Assembly (NCBI RefSeq): GCF_000143415.4
Contig: NW_003314278.1
Span: 78,371-142,370, forward strand
Direction: 5' to 3'
DNA from: Selaginella moellendorffii
Lineage: Eukaryota > Plantae > Lycopodiophyta
DNA: 64,000 nucleotides
Each line of letters opens with the position of its first letter. Position 1 is the stretch's first letter. The notes under the pieces are model-generated. The model was not told the DNA's origin. It made no database searches and saw only the letters and a list, made by a program, of their open reading frames with translations. The position numbers were made by a program, and so were the translations under genes. Below, in pieces: positions 25,568 to 35,735 of this stretch.

Positions 25568-27499
25568 TCAAACCCTACCCCTGTTTTTAGGGCTCCTGAG
25601 ATGGGAGAGAAGGACATAGTGTGCCGAGTTCTCGGGCTCTAGCTCCATCGATCGCTCCACGGCATTGGATCCTTGCTGCCCCATCGCATTGTAGGCGCCC
25701 AGCAGTATCGTCCACGCCAGCACCGGCGGCTCAAATGGCATATGGGCGATCAAATCCGCGGCCTCGTCAATCCTCCCAGCTCTAGCCAGCAGATCCAGCA
25801 AGCTCACGTAGTGATCCATCGCTGGAGCGATCCCATAGTCCCCAGCGATGCACGGGAAGAGCTCCCAGGCCAGATCCAGCAGTCCCGAGTGGCTACACGC
25901 CGAGAGCGCGCTCATGAATGTGATGGAATCGGGGCTCACGCCGTCCGCCGCCATGGATCGCAGCGCCTCCACCGCCGCCTCGCCGGATCCATTCGCGGCG
26001 TAGATCGCGATCATGCTGTTGAGCGACACGGCGTCCTTGGAGCGAATTCGATCGAAGGCGGTCTTGGCGCCCTCCACGCTCCCGGATTTGCCCAGGAGCG
26101 TGACGAGCGCGTTGGCCACAAGGGTGTCGCCGCCATAGCCGTAGAACACGGCCCTCGAGTGGATCGATCGCCCCTCGCCCACCGCCGGAGGAGTGATGAT
26201 CGCGCACGCGTCCAGCGCCGTCACGTAGGTGAATCCATCCAGCTTCACACCCTCGAGATCCATCGCCTGGATCATCAGCAGTGCCTCTGATGCTTGCCCG
26301 CTCTGGCTAAACGCTGTGATCATCGCAGTCCACGAGACAGCGTCCCTCTCGATCATCCTCTCGAAGAGATCTTTCGCGCGATCGATCGTGCCGCATTTCG
26401 CGTAGAGATTGAGCAGCGCATTCGCGACGCGGATGTCGGCATCGAATCCCCGGGCCGATGCTCGCGAGTGGATCGCGATGCCCTCTTCCAGCGCTGCCTG
26501 GCTCGCGCAGGCATCCGCCGCGATTACGAACGTGACCTCGTTTTGCAGCGAGGGATCCATCGCCAAGAACAGCTCCAGAGCTCGATCGCCATGCCCGTTC
26601 TGGGAATACGCCACGAGCATCGAATTCCACGACACCACGTCGCGCTGGGGCATCCGATCGAACAGGCGCTTGGCTTGATCGAGATCTCCACTCCAGGCAT
26701 AGGCCGAGACGATGGAATTCCACGAGACTGTGGATTTGTGTGGCATCGATTCGAAGATCTCGCTGGCTTTCTGGATGTTCCCGCAGCTCCCATACATGTG
26801 GATGAGCGTGTTCGCGATCTTCGTCTCGGATTCCAGCCCTGCCTCCCGGATGAGCTCGTGGATCGTGATCCCCAGCGTGATTGCCTCTAGATCAGCGCAC
26901 ACCTCGAGCACACACATGAATGTCACGCGATTCGGCCGCACTCCATCAAGATCCATGAGCTTGAAGAGAAGAATCGCCATCTCCAAATCCCCTCTCCCGG
27001 CATTTGCTTTGATCATCGCGCTCCACGAAACGACGTCTCTCACTGGCATCGCCTTGAACAGATCTTTAGCTTCTTCCATCGCGCCAGCGCCCACGTACGC
27101 ATTGATCATTGCGTTCCATGTCACGGTGTTCTTCACGGTCGATCGATCGAACAAGTTCTTCGCGCTAGCAAGATCCCCATTCTCGGCAAATGCCGCGATC
27201 ATGATGTTGCTAGAGAAGACGTTGCGCAGCCGGATTCTATCAAAGACCCTGCGCGCGTCGTCGATGCTTCCACACCGCCCATACATGTGAACCAAGAAAT
27301 TCCCCAGGAATGTGTCTCTGTCGGATGATCCGTGCTTGGCGATGTGAGAGTGGACGAGCTTGCCCAGCGCCAGCTCCCTGGCATTGCCGCATTCTTTGAG
27401 AAGAGCACCATAGGACGCCGGAACCAGCGCGGCGTTGGACTGCGCAAGGCGATCGAGGGCTTCGTGGAGATTCCTGGTGCCCAGGACTTGCGTTTCCAT
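25568..27499 (-). CDS. PLS-class pentatricopeptide repeat protein with E extension, no DYW (~643 aa)
   Basis: Intronless ORF of repeated P/L/S motifs (NFLVHMYGRCGSIDDA, VVSWNSM, NALLNLYAKCG), C-terminal ACSHSGLLD...HYVSLLDLLARAG...MPFEP..LAW..LLGA...LEPENSAHYVLLS, then stop. Confidence 0.93.
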   Translation of the reverse strand: METQVLGTRNLHEALDRLAQSNAALVPASYGALLKECGNARELALGKLVHSHIAKHGSSDRDTFLGNFLVHMYGRCGSIDDARRVFDRIRLRNVFSSNIMIAAFAENGDLASAKNLFDRSTVKNTVTWNAMINAYVGAGAMEEAKDLFKAMPVRDVVSWSAMIKANAGRGDLEMAILLFKLMDLDGVRPNRVTFMCVLEVCADLEAITLGITIHELIREAGLESETKIANTLIHMYGSCGNIQKASEIFESMPHKSTVSWNSIVSAYAWSGDLDQAKRLFDRMPQRDVVSWNSMLVAYSQNGHGDRALELFLAMDPSLQNEVTFVIAADACASQAALEEGIAIHSRASARGFDADIRVANALLNLYAKCGTIDRAKDLFERMIERDAVSWTAMITAFSQSGQASEALLMIQAMDLEGVKLDGFTYVTALDACAIITPPAVGEGRSIHSRAVFYGYGGDTLVANALVTLLGKSGSVEGAKTAFDRIRSKDAVSLNSMIAIYAANGSGEAAVEALRSMAADGVSPDSITFMSALSACSHSGLLDLAWELFPCIAGDYGIAPAMDHYVSLLDLLARAGRIDEAADLIAHMPFEPPVLAWTILLGAYNAMGQQGSNAVERSMELEPENSAHYVLLSHLRSPKNRGRV

Positions 27500-27669
27500 G
27501 CCACATACTAGAATATACGTAAGTATGCTACATTCAAACAACGTCTCGCCCCTCTTAGGTTGGCAAAGAGAGAGCGGCGATTATGGAGCGCGCGATAGAG
27601 ACGAGAGAGTGAGCGATGCGAGAGAGAGAGCAGCAACTATAGAGCACAATAGAGACGAGAGAGTGTGAG

Positions 27670-28670
27670 CGATGGTGGAATGTGATGATGATGATGGCGA
27701 CGAAGGGTTTCTTCTTTGATGATTTCCTGTCCATTCTCGTGAAATTTTTTTTCTTTCTTCAGATTCTCGAGGATTCTTGGACATTTTTTGCGAAATTTCG
27801 ATCATAATCTCCGGAACACGAACGAAGCTGTAAATTCTACTTTTTAATCTCGGTTCTTTCCAGAGCCTTGATTCCCAGGGTGGAAGCGGCATTTGTTTGA
27901 CAACAAGCGGAGAAAGGAACGCCGCCACCAAAGGTACAAATTCAAATCTAAGAGGTTCATTTATACTACCTAGGGCTTTTAGATTGCCAAAGCTGGAGGC
28001 TCGATCGAAGCAGCCATCGAGGGAGATGCCAAGGGAAGAGCTTGAGCCGCTGCATGTTCTTGGCGCTCTACTGGCTTTGATGGTCATCTCTGGAGTAGTC
28101 TTTGGTGGGATGGGTATGATGGCCATTGCTTTGGTGATGACGTGCTGGATGTGGAGGGAGTTCAAGGTTGGGCCATTCCATGTCAAAGCCCTCGGCTTTG
28201 CAGGTACTCTCTCCAGTTTTACTTCACATTTCTAGAGAAACTTCTACAGAGCAAAATCGAAGAAACAAGCCCCCAAAGCAACGCAGGAACCGTCGTCCAG
28301 ATCCCGAGCAGTGCTCATGTTGCTACTTTGACACTGCGAACTGTAGGTACCATTCTAGGTTCGTCAACTAGAAATTCTCGTGAAGCTCAGAGATCTGCTG
28401 CAAATCAACCGTTCATCAACCGTTCAATTCTAGCTCCATTCTGTGAAAACGGTTGTTCTTTGGCAAGCTGTTTTGCAGGATATATAATTCCAATAGTTTG
28501 ACGACTGAGAAAGGAACTCCAAGCAGGTACCTTTGTGTCACAGTTTGTCTGAGCTTTTGCTTCTCATCGAGTCTTCTCTTCCAGGACCAAAGGAGGCCTT
28601 AGCTCCTCGGTGCTACTCCAAATCAAAAAGGCTCAACGCCGATATGAAAGCGAAGAACACAAAGGTATGA
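27670..28670 (+). CDS. Putative orphan multi-exon membrane protein gene
   Basis: Hydrophobic exon MPREELEPLHVLGALLALMVISGVVFGGMGMMAIALVMTCW. Short GT-AG introns continue into EQNRRNKPP...CSCCYFDTANC. A decayed paralog lies at ~34700-35280. Gene ends are uncertain. Confidence 0.35.
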
Positions 28671-28789
28671 AGCAATGAAAACGTTTCCAAGATCTTTCCT
28701 TCTCCTTACCACTGATGCAATATATCAGAAGAGATCGAGCGACTGGTGTTTAACACGACTTGTGCGATTCCATAGAAGGCGCGTTGCGC

Positions 28790-29030
28790 CAAGAGGATGG
28801 CGGCCCTGCGTGCCTTGGGTGATGGCGCTCGATCCGGCCACGGAAGGTCCTCCCTGGCAAGGCTCGGCGCCGTCGCCTTGTTTTCGCGTTCTCGGGTACG
28901 TATCGAGTTCCTGCGCGCTGTTCGCAATTTCTGCGATGAACCAGGATTCGTTCCTTGCCGAGCAGTAGCACTCAGAAGCGCTTATGCAGTAGTGGCTGGA
29001 TTGCGTGGAGAGCAGGCACAGGTTTCCATA
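28790..29030 (+). pseudogene. Ataxin-10 homolog exon-1 fragment, with deletions
   Basis: Similar to 35770-36150 (gctcggcgccgtc, atgaaccaggattc, gcgtggagagcaggcacagg). Confidence 0.85.
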
Positions 29031-29204
29031 CAATACTAGTACCTTGTGTCAGTCTTTTCATCGTTCTTCTTTTCTGGAAAAGCTCATCACCTTATAAACC
29101 GCTGACCAAGTCAAAGTTCTTCGCGCAAATTGACATCCCTATAAAAAGAGTTCTTAGGAGTCTGTATTCCACACGTAATCTTTCTTGAGGATTCTTTGAT
29201 AGAT

Positions 29205-29405
29205 CGCGGAGTTCTTCTCTTTCGGGACCAACTACTTGACGCAAATGACGTTTACATATCGCCGGGACAACGTGTCTGTCTATGCAAGGCATTTTACATA
29301 TCCATTCTAGTTTCATGAGACTGATCTCAGGTTCTCGACCAGAGAGGAGTCGGCCAGCTTGTCAGCATTGCGACCGAGCGAGGCAAAAAAGCAAGGAATG
29401 GAGAG
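29205..29405 (+). pseudogene. PPDK 3' fragment
   Basis: Similar to 21575-21830 (ctctttcgg.accaac, gacgcaaatgacgttt, tctcaggttct.gaccagagagg.gtcggcca). Confidence 0.85.
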
Positions 29406-29454
29406 AGACAGACAGACAGAGTTTGTTACTGAGGAAAAGAGTGAAATTTACGAC

Positions 29455-30035
29455 AATCAACGTACTGCAACTCCACCTAAAATGTTGAAACCGAAGACTG
29501 TTGAGAGTGGAGAGTTCTTCGAGCTCCTTGGGATTGACGAACCTGGATTTGATTTGGTTTCAGAGAAAGAATCCCAAAGCTCACCTCCACAACTGCGTTA
29601 AGTCCGGCTGTCACTATATGTTGCGTAGAAAGGATGGCATTCCTGCAAATCGAAGAGTTTGATTGATTGCTTTCACAGAGCTTGCGGAAACACATGTTCC
29701 TTTGGAAAGAACTGAGTAGACGGCCCTAAGAGCAGCAGTACCGGATCCCGAGTGTCGATTATCTACGCAACACAAAGCTTTGTGTTCAATACACAATTGT
29801 GGATTGGCTACCTGTATCGGATGAATGATCCAATCTTTGTGAAGAATTGGCGGCTCCACCGCTGCACATCCGAGGAATTACTTCAAGGAAATTTTGCCAA
29901 TGTCAGAACATGATAAGAAAGAAAGAAGAATCGTTACCTTTAGAAACAGTCTCTTTGCGATGTAGTGTTTGAGCTGACGCTATCTCGGTTTGCACTGACG
30001 AAGAAGTGTCGCCAGATGGAGTTTGGATCTAGAAG
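29455..30035 (-). pseudogene. IGPS-like gene fragment (exons 3-6 on the minus strand, exon 2 locally inverted at ~29970-30035)
   Basis: Similar to 22520-23095, including introns. Confidence 0.85.
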
Positions 30036-30189
30036 AGGCCTCATTGCTCTTCCCGGGGACAATACCTCCTTACAAGCTGGGATCTTTGGCTATGCACACC
30101 ATCTAGTGTTGTTAATGGTGTCGTTTACAAGCTTGTCCTTCTCTTTCACTGATCCTGAGCCAACCCTCGAGGTCTTCTACATCCCAGCA

Positions 30190-30486
30190 TCGATCATGTG
30201 GTCTGTTAACACTTCCCGGATGAAAGACGAGTTCTTTCCGGAACCTCAAAAGTTTGATCCTCTCAGGTTTCAAGGCAATGGCCCAGCTCCTTACGTCTTC
30301 ACACCGTTTGGAGGAGGGCCTCGGACGTGCCCTGGAAATGAATTTGCAAAGATGGAGATGCTCGTTTTCTTGCATTACCTGCTGCTAAGCCACGACTGGA
30401 AGCCTGTGATCACAAATGAAGGTATTATAGTGGAAACAGCGCCTCTGCCGGCCCATGGTTTGCCTGTGAAGCTCAGCAAGAGATGA
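30190..30486 (+). pseudogene. Cytochrome P450 last-exon fragment (CYP85 clan, CYP716/725-like)
   Basis: FFPEPQKFDPLRF, heme motif PFGGGPRTCPG, C-terminal PAHGLPVKL. No upstream P450 exons were found in the window. Confidence 0.85.
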
Positions 30487-31030
30487 TCGTCAGAATCTAT
30501 CCATGGAACTTTGAAAAGACAGTGTCCAAAATAGCTGTTTTGTGATCTGATCTTGTGAACGATGGAACTAATTGCGACTGGTCCACGTGTCACCAGCCCG
30601 ACATCTCGACCTGGAACCTGCGAAAGACTGCTAAGGCACGGCTGTCAAACTCACTCTTAGATACTCACAGGGCCACTGGATTTCCCCAGCTGGCCGCAAG
30701 AACCACAAGAAACCACATGGCCACCATCAATTGATACCATTTGTAAACTTTTCACATCTTGGCTGCTTGTAGCAAAAAACGCTTTAAGGGTAAACAAAAA
30801 CTTTGTCACGTATTCAGAACAAATGTCACAAAAAACTAAAGAAGACAAGAGGAAGTAGTCTCCTCGGGAAAGGCTCAAGGCCGGGAATGAAGTCGATCAA
30901 AGTTTGATGGTCAGGGTTGCATGAAAGAGAGGAAAGAACGCACAGAGGTATGCCTCCTTTCTTTTCAAACTTTTGTTCTTACCACTGCGGGAGCTCTGGG
31001 ATATCATTTGGCGGGCTTTGTTTTGGAGAG

Positions 31031-31330
31031 AATGGCGATCCCGGCGTGGGCGTCGGTGTCCCCGGAGGAGCAGCAGCACCATCGGCGCCTCACCTTGCTG
31101 CTGCGCAGCAAGCAGAGGGTCCTGAAGGCGCCCCTGGCCGCCATGGATGAGCAGGAGCGGCAGCTTCAGTCGCGGCTGGAGGGACTCCAGAGAATGCCGC
31201 CACCCCAGCACCGGCTGCTGCAGAAGATCGTCCACACGGCAATCGTGGCCGAGGTCGCGCGGGCCTCTCCGGCGGAGAAGCCAGAGGGCGTTCGGCAAAG
31301 GAGCCACGACTATGTTAAAATGGGTATGGT
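31031..31330 (+). pseudogene. IGPS-like exon-1 duplicate
   Basis: MAIPAW...PEEQQH.RRLT...AIVAEVARASPAEKPEGV, similar to 23483-23162 with short deletions. Downstream exons are not attached. Confidence 0.9.
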
Positions 31331-31515
31331 TTTTTGCTTCGCTCTTAACCACGAAGTTATGGTCTCGCGGGCTAGAGGCAAGTTCCTAAGAGCAAACGCG
31401 ACGTGCGACGTGCGACGTGCGGCGTGCGGCGTCCTTGCTTTGAAAATGTCGCCCTTGCAAAAAAACCCTCGTCTAATGTTAAGATCGGTCGCTCCTGATC
31501 AAGAGCAACACCACC

Positions 31516-32431
31516 ATGGCCTACACTTACACCCCACAAGGCCATCCAACGCAACAGCATCAAGGGCAGCAGCAAGGATTCACCAGCGAAGGCCATCCCG
31601 TTGCCCCTCCTGCTGCTTATCCCCAGCCTCCGCCTGGTAGTTACTATGGACCCGGAGTGGCAACCTTGGCACCCCCGAATTCTGGCCTCTGGACAACGGG
31701 CCTCTGTGGATGCACCGAGGACTGCCCCTCTTGTAAGGTTTTTTCTTTCGAGAAAAAGAGCTCTTTTTGTGCAGCTTGGATGCAGCTTGGATGATTGACT
31801 GAGTGATCTCTTTAAAATTGCTTTCTGTTCTTTGATCCTAGATCTGGTTTGTAGCAAACTTCCAGATAGATAAGATATCCGTCCGACGTTTCTTAAGATT
31901 TATTTGATCAATCCTCTCCATCTGGTGTAACCACAGGCTGGTGTGCGTGGTGCTGCCCCTGCGTTCTTGTTGGGCGCATGGCCAACATTCTGGATCAAGG
32001 CATGACCTGTGAGTATTCAACTTTGAGTTTTTTTGATGTTCCGCTCACGATTTTTTCCTTTTCTGCTTGGATTTGTGATCCAATGTTGTAGCTGTCTTCA
32101 CCGGAGCCGCCATCTTTTGCATCGTGCAGTGGTTCACCGGCTGTGGCTGCCTCTACAGCTGCCTGTACCGTGCAAAGCTGCGCCACAAGTACGGACTCCC
32201 CGAGGAGCCCTGCAACGACATCTGCACCGAGTGCTGGTGCAACTGCTGCTCCATTGCCCAGGCTTACAGGGAGCTCAGGAACCGCAACATCAACCCGGCT
32301 CTGGGTATGATTTCTGGGGCCTTGGTGATCTTTGTTTCCTGATTTCTGAAAATGGTGATTTTTCAGGGTACGAGTTTGCGAGGGCGGTGTACGAGCAGCC
32401 ACCTCAAGTGCAGGAGATGCGCAAAATGTGA
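31516..32431 (+). CDS. PLAC8-family Cys-rich protein (PCR/CNR-like), 4 exons, copy 1
   Basis: WTTGLCGCTEDCPSC|WCAWCCPCVLVG...YSCLYRAKLRHKYGLPEEPCNDIC..CWCNCCSIAQAYREL; contains the CCPC motif. Confidence 0.92.
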
Positions 32432-32651
32432 GCTACGGAAATTAGTTTTTAAAATCTTCAACTTGAAAATGCTTCTTCGGGGCTTTCCAACAATGCCATG
32501 TTGCATTCGTGATCGGAAGGATTTCTTCCTCGTGACATTGGAAAATAATAGAAGCCCAAGTTTGTATAAATTTCTAAACATCTCATCTAGAATTATTTAA
32601 TGTCCTAAAAAGAACATATACTGGAATATATTCTGGAAGAGCTATCCTCTT

Positions 32652-34059
32652 ATGGCGGACGAGCAGCGCCTTCACGTAGCGGTGCTCCCAACCACCGGCT
32701 CCGGCCACATCAATCCCATGCTCGAGCTCTGCCGCCGCCTCGTCCCACTAGGATTCCAGGTAAGCTTCGTCTATCCCAGCAATCTATGCCCCAAGCTGGA
32801 GTCGAGCCTTCAGCACGATGATCTTCACTTCCAAGTGGTGCCAAGCCCAGCCTCGGACAAGCATTTGCTCATGGATCCCGCGTTGCAAGAGGACGTGAGA
32901 CCGGTTCTAGAGGCCCTCCGTCCACCAGTAAAGTGCCTTATCGCTGATATGTTCTTAGGCTGGTCACAGGATGTGGCCGAGAGCCTGGGGATTCCACGAG
33001 TTGCCTTCATTCCCAGTGACTCAGTCATCGAAGCGATGTGCTACCATATTCCAGAGCTTGTCTCCAGGGGTTTCATTCCTGGCCATGTTCCTGCCAATGG
33101 TGAGAAGAAGAAGAAACTTTACATTGCTTCATACCGATCGACAAATATGTGTTGTTGTCTCAGCCGATCCAAATCCGGACGCTTTGATCGACTTCATCCC
33201 CGGTCTTGAGCCTTTTACAAGAGAGTTGCTCCCTCTTGCCTTCCAGCACGGGGGACCCATTGTGACCACTGTGGGAGTTGCAGCCAGACGAACAAAGGAT
33301 GCGGTTTGTATTGTCGTCAACACGATTGAGGAGTTGGATCAGGATGTCGTGAATGGACGGAGGTTGCTGTTCTCCAGTTATTTACCAGTCGGACCTCTGG
33401 TACCTGCGGAGCTCCTGCAAGAACAGCACCCGATCACTCTCAGTTCTCCAAATGACACTAGCATGATCTGGCTGGACAAACAAGCTTACGGCTCGGTTCT
33501 CTATATCGCTTTTGGCAGTGTTGTTACTCTGCCAGCCGACCAAGTGGAGAAGATTGCAAGAGCTGTAAAAGCCACTCGTCAGCCAGTCTTGTGGGCGATC
33601 AGGAGGAACTTTGCAAAAGACGTACCTGAGAACTTTTATGAAAGCTTGCAAGAGATAGTTGGGGCGCAAGCCTGCCTGGTGGTGGAATGGGCTCCGCAAG
33701 TAAACGTCTTGCGCCACTCCGCGGTTGGAGCCTTCTTAATGCACGGTGGATGGAACTCAGCTCTAGAAGCCCTGTGCTGTGGAGTACCAATGCTTTGCTG
33801 GCCCTGCGGTAACGATCAGAACTTGAATGCTCTCACGATAGTGAAGAAGTGGAGAATTGGGATAATGGTGGCTCATGGACCCAAAGACGATGTGAGAAGC
33901 GAAGACTTGGGAAACGTTATAGATGCTGTGATGAACGGCGAGGAAGGGAGGAGGATGAGGAGCAGAGCTCAAGAACTTAAAAAGATTGTGAGGGCAGGTA
34001 CTTGCCTGGAGAGAAATCTTCGACAGCTCAAGGATGTGATCATAGCCGCGTCTCAATAG
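32652..34059 (+). CDS. Family-1 UDP-glycosyltransferase UGT-B1 (one intron, ~33100-33163)
   Basis: GHINP, IAD, PSPG WAPQVNVLRHSAVGAFLMHGGWNSALEALCCGVPMLCWPCGNDQ. Confidence 0.95.
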
Positions 34060-34194
34060 GGGCCTGCAATACCATCTGGATTCATACTTGATCAAAGAGA
34101 CAAAGTTCACGAGAAGAACTAAAATGATGGAGAACTTGAAAACAATTGTGCGAGAGAAGGTATTTGCCTCGATAATCTTTACCTCGAGACCCTG

Positions 34195-34457
34195 GGCTAT
34201 TGTCCCCGGAGTTCGAATCGTTCACGAGCTTTGGCCGCTTCGTTAACTCGTCGACTTCCACCTTGAGATCATCTAGAACGTCGACAGCCTTTTTGATCTC
34301 GAGGTTTGCGAGCTCCTGTACGTTTCGTTCGTTCCCTTCTGTAAGATTCCTGATGGCCCACTCCCTGAGATAAGGATTGTCTTCATCAACCACGCACTGC
34401 TGGAGAACTAAGAGCAAGCCTCCGTTCTCTTGAACTCGGTCTTGGACACGGGGCCGA
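34195..34457 (-). pseudogene. Inverted copy of the ataxin-10 3' end
   Basis: RPRVQDRV...DEDNPYLREWAIRNL, with a 3-codon deletion relative to EWGLWAIRNL in 36958-37234. Confidence 0.9.
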
Positions 34458-34469
34458 GAGGGACACAAG

Positions 34470-35705
34470 AGGGATACATTCCAGGGGAATTTACATCGAA
34501 GACGCGCGCAGGGTTTTGGATAGAGTCCGGCTGCGCAACGTCTTCTCTAGCAACATCATGATCGCGGCATTTGCCGAGGATGGCGCCAAAAGCCTGTTCG
34601 ATCGATCGACTGCCAAGAATACCGGCGATGATCCATGAAAGAAAGTTAAAATTCAAAATCTAAAGCCATTCATTTAGCTGGAAACTGGACGCTGGAGCAA
34701 GAGCATCCACGAAAGCCGCTGGCACTACCATCACCAACGAGGATGCCAATGGAAGAGCTTGAGGCATTACCTACACTTGGAGCTCTACTAGCATTGATGA
34801 TCATCTCCGGACTGGTCATTGGTGATGTCGAGGGAATCCAAGGTTGGGCCATTCCATAGCAAAAGCAAACCAAAACCAACACAAATCCAGAGAAATGCTC
34901 GTCTTCCTTTGACGCTGCAAATACCATTCTAGAAACTCTCATGGAATTCTCTTCTTTTGTGAGCCGTTTTGCAGGACATACACCACCTCGTAGTTTCCCA
35001 AAGAGATCACAAGAGTTTGCTATGGGAGAAAAGGCTAGAAGGGATTCCAAGTAGGTACTTTTATCATAGTTTATAAGAACGCCTGTTCCTCCTTTCTTCT
35101 CTAGCATCAATGACCTTTTTGTCAACGTTGAGTTCTCTTCCGGGACCAAAACTTAGCATCCTTTGGTTCACTGTGCGTGACTCGAAATCCTTGACGTCCT
35201 CGAAGCCGAGTGCTGGAACTGCGGAAGAACACAAAGGTATGATAGCGATGAAAACGTTTCCCAGAACTTTTCTCCTTCACCACTGGCGGGAATGTATGCA
35301 GTATGGTAGATAAAGCGTCGTGCCATTCCCAGGCCCACCAACATAGCAGAATAGTTTCTAGAATAGTTTTAGAAGGCTGACCAGATTGAGATGAAGGAAT
35401 CTTTGACACATAGATAACTCCATGTTTTCGTCAATCCGTCCTCCCAGAAACGATCCCATCACTTTCAACAACAAAAATGTCGCAATTTCCTTTCTCGGCA
35501 TTTGCATCACAAGTTGTGCTCCAAAACACCAAGTCTCTTTTGTGCTTTATCTTTCACAATGTTTCAGCTATACTTATGGACCATGCTGCTCGCGTATGCA
35601 GTGATTATTGCGTTTCATGTCACTGTGGTTTTATCTGCTGATCATCAAAGGAAATTTAAACTTAGCAAGATCCCCATTCCTGACAAATGCCACCAAGAAA
35701 TTCCC
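34470..35705. pseudogene. Decayed PPR 5' fragments (~34470-34630 on +, ~35585-35705 on -) and a decayed copy of the orphan gene (~34700-35280)
   Basis: ccggctgcgcaacgtcttctctagcaacatcatgatcgcggcatttgccgag is the reverse complement of the PPR at ~27183-27232. 35585-35705 resembles 27090-27305. 34720-34860 resembles 28010-28180. Confidence 0.75.
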
Positions 35706-35735
35706 TTCCTCTCTCTTTGTTTTTTTAGGGTTCTA

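Noticed and set aside
30921-31640. 239-aa ORF as a real gene
   Set aside because: It is a duplicated IGPS-like exon 1 reading through into intergenic and off-frame PLAC8 sequence.
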